The notes below the pieces were generated by a model. The model was not told the DNA's origin. It searched no databases and saw only the letters and a program-made list of their open reading frames with translations. A stretch of DNA of 64,000 bases, taken from Akkermansia muciniphila (GTDB lineage Bacteria > Verrucomicrobiota > Verrucomicrobiia > Limisphaerales > BJHT01). The translations under genes were made by a program, and so were the position numbers. The stretch covers positions 9,761-73,760 of the forward strand of contig CAMAUZ010000031.1 of NCBI GenBank assembly GCA_945861535.1, written 5' to 3'. Shown piece by piece: positions 57,103 to 64,000 of the stretch. Position 1 is the stretch's first letter; each line of letters opens with the position of its first letter.

Positions 57103-58466
57103 GAATCATTTGCGGGACCGACTTTTCCAAACCGGCGGCGCAGGCGGCCACTGCGGCCGCGGCGTTCGCCGCGCAGTTCGAGGACAGCCTGCAGCTCGTC
57201 CACGTCCGCGAGGGCACCGGACTGGCGGCCCTCGATCCGGGCGTGCTGGCGACGCTGGCCGCGGGCGTCGCCGGGCGGCTCGGTACGGAGGCGGACCGGC
57301 TGCGCCGGCTCGGGGCCGTCGTGAAGGAGCAGGTGGTCACGGGCGTGCCGGACGAAGAACTGGTGGCCCTCTCCCGCCGCCGCGGCGCGCGCCTGCTCGT
57401 GCTCTCCTCGTTGGGCCGCCGCGCGCCCGGACGCTGGCTGATCGGCAGCGTTTCCGAGCGCGCGGCGGAGGGCGCCGCCTTGCCCACGCTGGTGGTGCGC
57501 GACGCGGCCCCGTTCACGGCGTGGGCCGCGGGCAAGCGGGCGTTGAAGGTTTTGGTGGCGGTTGATTTCACCATTCCCGCTGCGGCCGCGCTGCGCTGGG
57601 TCAAAGAACTGCAGCGCGTCGGGCCGTGCGACATCATCGTGGCGCACGTCGCCTGGCCGCCGGCGGAGCAGGCGCGACTGGGCCTCGACGGCCCGCTGTC
57701 GCTCACGGAGCTTCCGCCGGCGGCGCAGCAGGGCCGCGAACGCGAGCTCATGGACACGGTGCGGGAAATCCTCGGTGCTGACGCCGCGCGGGTGCGGGTG
57801 GTGCCCGGATGGGGTCGCGCCGACGCCGCCCTCCTCGAGCTGGCGGGGCAGGAGTCGGCTGATCTCGTCGTCACCGGCACCCGCCAGCAGCACGGGCTGG
57901 AACGGCTCGCCGGCTCATCGGTGTCGCGCGGTCTGTTGCGGTACGCGCCGATGAGCGTGGTTTGCGTGCCCGCGCCGGAGGCCGTGGCGCACGGAGTCGG
58001 CGCGCTCCCGCGGCTGCAGCGCGTGCTGGCCACGACCGACTTCTCGGTGCTCGGCGACCGCGCCATTCCCTACGCCTACGCCGCGCTGGTCCACGGAGGC
58101 GTGGTCAAACTCATCCACGTCCTGCCGCCGTGGGAACTGCCCGGCCCGCTGGTGCCGCATTACCAACCCGGGCGGCTGACCCGGGCGCAGCACCAGCAAC
58201 TGGCCGCCGATTCCCTGGTGAAATTACAGGCGCTCATCCCGCCCCAGGCCGCCGCGTGTGGCATCGTCACCGAGGTGGAAATCATTTTCGGAACCAATCC
58301 GGCCACCGCCATCTGCCAGACGGCGGAGCAGTTCGGGGCGGACCTCATCTGCCTGGGCACGCATGGCCGGGCGGGGCTTTCCGCCGCCGTCCTCGGCTCG
58401 GTGGCGAACGCCGTGATGGCCCGCAGCAAACGGCCGCTGCTGGCCGTGCCGCCGACGAAGGCGTGA
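57099..58466 (+). CDS. Universal-stress-protein-like, three USP-type domains
   Basis: I chose the ATG at 57099, which forms an ATGA overlap with the upstream usp gene. The protein (MRIICGTDFSKPAAQ...) is 455 aa. It contains three units: ...GSVSERAAEGAALPTLVV, ...GSSVSRGLLRYAPMSVVCV and ...GSVANAVMARSKRPLLAV. The 739-aa track ORF 56247..58466 has the same frame and stop, so its extra 284 aa are an upstream extension; across 56247-57098 it runs out of frame over the first usp gene. Confidence 0.85.
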   Translation: MRIICGTDFSKPAAQAATAAAAFAAQFEDSLQLVHVREGTGLAALDPGVLATLAAGVAGRLGTEADRLRRLGAVVKEQVVTGVPDEELVALSRRRGARLLVLSSLGRRAPGRWLIGSVSERAAEGAALPTLVVRDAAPFTAWAAGKRALKVLVAVDFTIPAAAALRWVKELQRVGPCDIIVAHVAWPPAEQARLGLDGPLSLTELPPAAQQGRERELMDTVREILGADAARVRVVPGWGRADAALLELAGQESADLVVTGTRQQHGLERLAGSSVSRGLLRYAPMSVVCVPAPEAVAHGVGALPRLQRVLATTDFSVLGDRAIPYAYAALVHGGVVKLIHVLPPWELPGPLVPHYQPGRLTRAQHQQLAADSLVKLQALIPPQAAACGIVTEVEIIFGTNPATAICQTAEQFGADLICLGTHGRAGLSAAVLGSVANAVMARSKRPLLAVPPTKA

Positions 58467-58478
58467 AGACGTTTGGCG

Positions 58479-59291
58479 TTACCGGTTCTGCTCTGCGTAG
58501 GTGCTGCTGGCGGTGGCTTGTTTGACCCATTGCCGCGAGCCGTCGCGGCCGACCAATTCCACGGCGTCGATTTCGTTCCAGCCGGCGACGCGTCGGGTGT
58601 CGAGATAGACCTTCACCACGTTGGCCTGGGCGGCGAAGGGCACGGCGAAAATCCGCGCAACCGGGGCGGCGGCTTCGGATTCGGTGCCTTCCCAGATGGT
58701 GACTTCGCGGCCGTCGGCGAGGAACGTGGTGAGCCTGCTGATGGCGCCGGGATTGTAGGATTCATAGACATGCACTTCGGCGAGGGAGACGGGGGTGTCA
58801 AATTCCAGCAGCAGCCATTCGTCGCCGCCGTCGGGTTCGCGCGGTGCCCACGCGGTGGGGAGATCGCCGGCGGTGAGCGTGTCGGCCGGGCCGGTGACTT
58901 GCTCCGGTCCCCACGAGCGGCGTTGCGGGCCGGGCGGCTTGCCGTCGCCGGGGATGGGCAGGCGGCCGGACTGGCGGAGGGCGGCGACGGTTTGTGACAC
59001 GGAAGCCAGGTGCTGTTCGAGGGCGCGAATCTGGCTGTTGAGGTTGGTGAACTGCTGCTCGGCGGCGGCGAGTTGCACGCGGGCGCGCTGCAAATCCAGC
59101 GTTGCGGCGCGTAACTCCGACGCTTCCGGGAGCGGGGTGGCGACCGCCGGGTCGCCGCTCACGGCGGGCGGACGCTCGGGAAGTTCGCGCAGCGCGGCGG
59201 CGATTTTCCGGTTCACGCGCGTCTCGTCAAAGAGCAGCAGCGCGAGGGCGGTGAGCAATGCGAGCGCGCTGAGCAGGGTGGAGTTTTTCAT
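58479..59291 (-). CDS. Hypothetical membrane-anchored protein: N-terminal TM helix, coiled coil, C-terminal beta-rich domain
   Basis: Track ORF 58479..59342. I chose Met18 (nt 59291): MKNSTLLSALALLTALALLLF. The coiled-coil region reads LDLQRARVQLAAAEQQFTNLNSQIRALEQHL. The C-terminal block (WGPEQVTGPADT...DEWLLLEFDTPVSLAEVHVYESYNPGAI...GWNEIDAVELVG) recurs in PVC proteins as far as I remember. Confidence 0.7.
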   Translation of the reverse strand: MKNSTLLSALALLTALALLLFDETRVNRKIAAALRELPERPPAVSGDPAVATPLPEASELRAATLDLQRARVQLAAAEQQFTNLNSQIRALEQHLASVSQTVAALRQSGRLPIPGDGKPPGPQRRSWGPEQVTGPADTLTAGDLPTAWAPREPDGGDEWLLLEFDTPVSLAEVHVYESYNPGAISRLTTFLADGREVTIWEGTESEAAAPVARIFAVPFAAQANVVKVYLDTRRVAGWNEIDAVELVGRDGSRQWVKQATASSTYAEQNR

Positions 59292-59724
59292 AACGGTGTC
59301 GGAGGGGTTGGACGCCGCTACGCGGGAATTGCTCCGCGGCACGCGGGCTTTTTGGCGGGCGGGCGGGGGACGTGAGCTGGGAAGGGCAGGGGACCACGTC
59401 CGCCGTGTAGCCGCCGACGTGAGGAGGCGGATGCTCCCACCACCCCACGCGCCTCGTTTGCTGGGCGATCCGCCTCCTCACGGCGGCGGCTACGGGGAGG
59501 CCACGGAAGATTTTCAACCGCTTTTGGACGCACATTGAACCCTTACCCGCGGTGGGAGCGCGCGGCCAATCATTGGAGAAGACGACGCGCGGAGTCTCTG
59601 ACCTTTTCAGCGGGAGCGGTGGGGTTGGGGAAAAGGAGGTTAGAGTCTCCTCACGTCGTCTCCCACAAGGGACAGGCCCGCGTGAATGCTGCCCCGGCGA
59701 CGGCAAGTCTAGCGTCGCAATCTT

Positions 59725-61099
59725 ATGCTCCAGATTCAAAACGGATCACCTGCTCTTAACTGCCGGGGTGCGTCGCGGCGTTCGGCGCTCAAGGCGGGCT
59801 TCCTTGGCGTGCTCGGGTTGACGACGGCGGACTGGCTGCGCTTGCAGGCGGCGGGGGGCCGCGCGGCGCAGCAAAAAGTCGGTCATCCTCCTGTGGCTCG
59901 ATGGCGGGCCGAGTCATCTGGAGACGTATGATCCGAAACCGGAGGCGCCGTCGGAATACCGCGGGCCGTGGGGCGCAATCGAGACAAACGTGTCGGGCAT
60001 CCGCATTTCCAAGCAACTGCCGTTGCACGCGAAGCTCGCGGACAAAATGATTTTTCTCCGCTCGATGCACCACAAGAACGGCGATCATTTCGCCGCCGCG
60101 CACTGGATGCTGACGGGGCGCTTCGGTTCGACCTCGACCAGTCAGGCGCAGAAATATCCGTCGGTCGGTTCGGTGGTCGCGCGCACGCGCGGGGCGAACG
60201 CGCCGGGCGTGCCCGCGTATGTGGGGCTGCCGGCGGCGCAGAGCGTTTATCTGTTTCCCGGTTATCAGGGCGCGGCCTATCTCGGCCCGGCGTATCAGCC
60301 GTTCGATGTGAACACGGCGCAGAAATATCTTTCCGCCGCGGACACGTCCGCCGTCCAGCCGCCGCAGTGTCTGGAGAATTTCACCGGCGACGTGCGCCGC
60401 ACCGGGGAGCGCGTGAGTTTGCTGGGCCAGCTTGACCATTTTCGCCGCGATCTCGACGGCTCGGGGACGATGGCGGCGATGGATCAATATCAGCAGCAGG
60501 CCGTGGACATGGTGCTCGGCAACGCGGCGCGCGAGGCGTTCAACATGGAGCGGGAGAATGCCAAGACGCGGGACCGCTATGGGCGCGGGCCGTGGGGGCA
60601 TTACACGCTGATGGCGCGGCGGTTGGTCGAGGCGGGAGTGGGTTTTGTGACGGTGGACATGCCGCACTGGGACGATCATTCGGGTATCGAGAAGGGGCAC
60701 GGCTACAAGCTGCCGGTGCTCGACGCGGCGGTGTCGGCGCTGGTGCAGGACCTCGCTGATCGAGCGTTGCTGAACGATGTGCTGGTGATTGTGATGGGTG
60801 AATTCAGCCGTACGCCGCGGTTGAATCAGGGCCAGCCCGGCATACCGATTCCGGGCCGCGATCATTGGGGCGATGCGATGTCGGTGCTGCTGGCGGGCGG
60901 CGGGTTGCGCACCGGGCAGGTGATCGGCGCGACGAATGCGAAAGGCGAACATCCGGTCGAGCGCCCGCTCACGCCGGCCGATCTGCTCGCGACGGTGTAT
61001 CACTTTCTCGGGATCGATCCGGACCAGACTTTCAACGATCACACCGGCCGGCCCGTGCCGCTGCTGGATCACGGTGCGCCGATTGCGGAGATCATTTGA
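59725..61099 (+). pseudogene. DUF1501 domain-containing protein (sulfatase-like), +1 frameshift near codon 45-50
   Basis: Frame 1 reads MLQIQNGSPALNCRGASRRSALKAGFLGVLGLTTADWLRLQAAGG (a Tat leader). Frame 2 continues KSVILLWLDGGPSHLETYDPKPEAPSEYRGPW... into track ORF 59990..61099. The shift lies in the G6 run (59853-59858) or the A5 run (59873-59877). It could be a sequencing error. Confidence 0.8.
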
Positions 61100-61432
61100 G
61101 CGGGAGTGGTGGTGGTGACGAGCGGGGCAGGGGAGGACGGAGCAAGCACGATTTTAGTTACCCGCGGATGGACACGGATGGACACGGGTGGGGAAGGGTG
61201 GGTGGTGACGGCGAGGCCGGAGCGCGGTGGGCAACGGGAACGTCGCCAGTTTCGATCCGTGTTGTTCAGTGGATGCTCCGGTGCGACTGCCGGTTGTGAA
61301 GCTGTCACTGCTGGGGGGCACCCTCCGTTTGCGGCCGCCGAATTACGGGCCGCTGCGTTCGACAGCGGTCAGCGCCCGGAGCGGTCTCGCGGTTTGGCTC
61401 GTGGTTTCGGGGTGGATCGGTACCGTGCCGTC

Positions 61433-62131
61433 ATGCAATCTTTGAACCGGGTTTTGGCGGCGTTGCGGCAGGAAATCGACGCGGGGTTAACGGCGGGCGC
61501 GCTGTCGCCATCGCCGTGGAGCGCGGGGAAGGTGGTGGTGGAATTGGAACTGGTCGGGCGCGAGGAGGCGGGGCGGATTTCCTTTGCGGTGGCCGAGGTC
61601 GCGGGTGTCGCCGCGCTGGCAGGTGCGGGCCCGGATGCGGAGGCCGGGCGGTCGCAATTCACGCTGCATTTGCGCCTTGAGCTGCTGCGCGCGGGAGCGT
61701 TGGAAGCCACGCTGGCAAAGGCTGCGGACGTCAGTCGTGACCGCGCGACGGAAGCAACGCGGCCCGCGCCGGCACCGGCGGCGGCGACGACGACGGAGCC
61801 GGTGTTTCAGGCGTTGTGCGGATTGTTCGGCGCGCCGGGTTTTGATAGCTCGGCGCGGGCGTGTGTGTTTCGCGAGGCGCTGGAGGGATTGTCGGACGCG
61901 GACGTGGCGGCGGTGATCGCGCGCCTGGCGGGACCGCGTGAGGGCGAGGTCGCGGCGGAGCTCGAGCGGGCGCGGGAGCTGCTCAGCCGTGTGGTGCGCA
62001 GCGGCCCGGCGCAATCGTTCCGGCGGGGGGCGGAGATTTTGACGGCGCTGTTTGCGCTGGCACCGGTTGCGGCGGTGTTGCGGCTGGTCGAGGAACGGTG
62101 GGAGACGCAGCGGGATTGGATGAATCGCTGA
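61433..62131 (+). CDS. Hypothetical protein with trypco2-like N-terminal domain and an uncharacterised helical C-terminal domain
   Basis: Track ORF 61106..62131. I chose the ATG at 61433: MQSLNRVLAALRQEIDAGL...KVVVELELVGREEAGRISFAVAEV...SQFTLHLRLEL. Upstream residues are encoded by repeats (TRGWTRMDTGG). The family call is made from memory of the trypco2 sequence pattern only. Confidence 0.6.
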   Translation: MQSLNRVLAALRQEIDAGLTAGALSPSPWSAGKVVVELELVGREEAGRISFAVAEVAGVAALAGAGPDAEAGRSQFTLHLRLELLRAGALEATLAKAADVSRDRATEATRPAPAPAAATTTEPVFQALCGLFGAPGFDSSARACVFREALEGLSDADVAAVIARLAGPREGEVAAELERARELLSRVVRSGPAQSFRRGAEILTALFALAPVAAVLRLVEERWETQRDWMNR

Positions 62132-62247
62132 AAAAGCTCCAAGCTCAAAGTTCAAAGCTCAAGGGAAGCACCATATTTCAAGGGCCAAGGACCGGAGCTG
62201 GGAGAAAAATTGAGCGCAGAAAACGGGGAGGCTTCAGTCTTCGCTAA

Positions 62248-62461
62248 ACCGTAACTATGCAGTCGGCGCGGCAGGAGCGCGGCCTTCAGGCCGCAGAAGC
62301 ACCCGCCCGCCGCGACGGCTCGAAACTTTCCGAACGCGCACCTCAACTCACCATTTGGTGAATCAAAAAAAGCAGTCGTGAAAATTCGATCACCCCATGC
62401 AAGCCGCACGTTTCTGCGGCCTGAAGGCCGCGCTCCGGTTGTCCTCGCTGCATGGGTACGG
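62248..62461. mobile_element. MITE family C, copy 3 (214 bp) with perfect CTAA target-site duplication
   Basis: CTAA flanks it at 62244-62247 and 62462-62465. The ends are accgtaactatgcagtcgg...ggagcgcggccttcaggccgcagaa and ttctgcggcctgaaggccgcgctcc...ctgcatgggtacgg. Confidence 0.85.
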
Positions 62462-62467
62462 CTAAAG

Positions 62468-62680
62468 ATCGTGCCGTCCGCACCGGAGCCTCAGGCTCCC
62501 TCTCCTCCGTTCGGAACGGAGGAGAGGGTTGGGGAGAGGAGGCGCTCCGAAAAGTTGGGCCGCTCGGAATTGTGAAGCACCCCTCTCCCCGACCCTCTCC
62601 CCGTTCGTGCCTCACGGGGCGAGGGAGACGGACGCGTGACTTGTTAGAACGGTCCCGCCACGAACTTTCGCAACGATTGA
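62468..62680. repeat. Family E repeat copy 2
   Basis: It aligns with 44482-44694. Its left terminus appears to be split by MITE C3. Confidence 0.85.
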
Positions 62681-62790
62681 CCGGAGGAGTTTATCTCTCA
62701 CGCTGCTCGTGGGAGTTCGCAGTGGAGTTTTTTTGCGGCCGACTGGCGTGGGTCTTCTGGCGCGCCGCCGCGATCCGCAGCCGCCGCCGT

Positions 62791-63504
62791 TCACGCGCTG
62801 GGGTGCAGCCGGCGCGGCGTGTCCCACGTTGCGTGGTGGTGGCGGGGCAGGGGAATCATCCGTTCCTTGATCGCGTAGCGGGTCAGGTCGGCGGCCTTGC
62901 GGATGCCCGTCTTGGCCATCAAACGCTCGCGATAGGTGTTGACCGTGCGCACGGTCACGCCGAGTTCGCCGGCAATGTCCCGGCTGGTTTTGCCGTCCGC
63001 GATCCGCACCAAGACCAGCCGCTCGCGGTCGGACAAACAGGGTTTCACGATCGGCCCTTTTTTACCCCTCGCCACCGTCTGCAGGACGAATGCGGCCACT
63101 GCGGGGCTGAAGTAGTTGTCGCCCGCGTAAACCGCCCGGATCGCCGCCACCATCTCCGCCGGCTTGGCTTCCTTGAGCAGATAACCGCTGGCTCCGGAGC
63201 GCACGATCTCCACCGCGTATTCGCGGCTCTCGTGCATCGTGACGATCAGGACCCGCACGTCCGGCAGTTCCCGCCGGAGCTTTTCCGTGACCACGAACCC
63301 GCTGACATCGGGCAGGTTGATGTCCATCAGCACCACGTCCGGTCGCAGCGCCCGCACTTGCCGCATGGCCTCGGCGCCGGTGGCCGCCTCGCCCACGATC
63401 TCCGCGACGCCCCGCGACGACAGATACGACCGGATGCCCTCGCGCACGACGGGATGGTCATCCACCAAGACCAGCCGCGGCTTCCGACTGGAGATTCGTT
63501 TCAT
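62791..63504 (-). CDS. NarL/LuxR-family response regulator
   Basis: Track ORF 62791..63624. I chose Met41 (nt 63504), which forms an ATGA overlap with the kinase stop. The receiver domain reads RLVLVDDHPVVREG...DVVLMDINLPDVSG. The C-terminal HTH reads LSDRERLVLVRIADGKTSRDIAGELGVTVRTVNTYRERLMAK. Confidence 0.92.
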   Translation of the reverse strand: MKRISSRKPRLVLVDDHPVVREGIRSYLSSRGVAEIVGEAATGAEAMRQVRALRPDVVLMDINLPDVSGFVVTEKLRRELPDVRVLIVTMHESREYAVEIVRSGASGYLLKEAKPAEMVAAIRAVYAGDNYFSPAVAAFVLQTVARGKKGPIVKPCLSDRERLVLVRIADGKTSRDIAGELGVTVRTVNTYRERLMAKTGIRKAADLTRYAIKERMIPLPRHHHATWDTPRRLHPSA

Positions 63505-64000
63505 AAGGCTCCCTTCGTCCCAACGTTGGCGCCCTTTGGTCCCGTCGCCACGGGCCACGGCACCCGCACCCGAATCGCGAGGCCGGTCCCTGGCTCCGTC
63601 GTGAGTTCGCAGCCGCCGCCGCACGCCGCCGCGCGCTCCCGCAGGTTCAGTAATCCAATCCCGGGTTTGCGTCCGGCCGCCGCTGCTTGCGCGCGCGCCG
63701 CCGGCAGGCCGCGGCCGTCGTCCTGAATGTCGAGCCGCACCCCGTCCCGCCCGCCGGCGAGGTTGATGCTCACCGCGGTCGCGGCGGCGTGGCGCTCCAC
63801 ATTGCTCAGCGCCTCCTGCACGATGCGATAGAGGTGCAGCTCCAGCGACGCGGGCAGGCGGTCGGGGAGACCGTCCGTTTTGAAATCCACCCGCAGGCGG
63901 GTGCGCAACGCGAATTCCTCGATCGCCCCGCGGAGGGCCGGGACCAGGCCCAGGTCGTCCAGTTCGCCGGGGCGCAGGTTGCGCGAAATCCGCCGCACCT
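63501..64000 (-). CDS. Sensor histidine kinase (HisKA_3/HATPase_c type), partial; N-terminus beyond the window end
   Basis: The sequence is LRPGELDDLGLVPALRGAIEEF...LHLYRIVQEALSNVERHAAA...DDGRGL...GIGLLNLRERA. This is NarX/DegS-class kinase architecture. Confidence 0.9.
   Translation of the reverse strand, partial: VRRISRNLRPGELDDLGLVPALRGAIEEFALRTRLRVDFKTDGLPDRLPASLELHLYRIVQEALSNVERHAAATAVSINLAGGRDGVRLDIQDDGRGLPAARAQAAAAGRKPGIGLLNLRERAAACGGGCELTTEPGTGLAIRVRVPWPVATGPKGANVGTKGAL

Noticed and set aside
56247-58466. 739-aa ORF spanning both USP genes.
   Set aside because: Its first 284 codons (56247-57098) run out of frame over the first USP gene and encode Arg/Gly-rich junk. The true second gene starts at 57099 with an ATGA overlap and reads as three USP-type domains.
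61106-61432. N-terminal extension of the trypco2-like ORF (MVVVTSGAGEDG...TRGWTRMDTGGEG...).
   Set aside because: The extension crosses a family B-type hairpin (ggatggacacggatggacacgg). The recognisable domain starts at the Met at 61433.

Overview
High-GC (by eye about 65-70%) bacterial chromosome segment. The gene content points to the PVC superphylum, probably Verrucomicrobiota-like: a DUF1552/DUF1592 pair, DUF1501, a Pirellula/Verrucomicrobium-type heme-binding dehydrogenase, a giant PQQ-propeller protein and DUF2490. This taxonomic call is an inference from family content, not a database result.

Gene order:
- A partial DUF1552 gene with its DUF1592-type cytochrome-c partner, then a small coiled-coil/AT-hook protein.
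- A 1.5 kb non-coding tract packed with hairpin repeats.
- A Tat-exported Gfo/Idh/MocA oxidoreductase and a 1531-aa secreted beta-propeller/malectin protein.
- gltB and gltD with a Uma2 endonuclease gene wedged between them.
- A heme-binding dehydrogenase, an esterase and a HAD hydrolase.
- A decayed RelE/ParE-type toxin-antitoxin pair and a CBM48 protein.
- A three-gene heavy-metal RND efflux operon bracketed by 175-bp direct repeats.
- From 36 to 58 kb, an apparent stress/fermentation island. It holds a CNNM gene, two ldhA paralogues, two P2-type ATPase paralogues, xfp-ackA and two multi-domain USP genes. It also holds remnants of hpf, beta-carbonic anhydrase, TerC and alpha-glucan phosphorylase genes.
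- A frameshifted DUF1501 gene, an orphan trypco2-like protein and a NarL-type two-component pair.

Nearly every intergenic region is filled with palindromic REP/MITE-like elements; I distinguish at least 10 families. One roughly 210-bp family shows perfect CTAA target-site duplications and a paralogous empty site inside this window, which is direct evidence of transposition.

Six gene pairs are joined by ATGA start/stop overlaps: 828-831, 26161-26164, 40992-40995, 51218-51221, 57099-57102 and 63501-63504.

I recognised no rRNA, tRNA, CRISPR array or transposase. Most long ORFs in the supplied track that lie antisense to or out of frame with the genes below are GC-driven shadow ORFs. All family assignments come from reading the translations from memory, and none was verified by a search.
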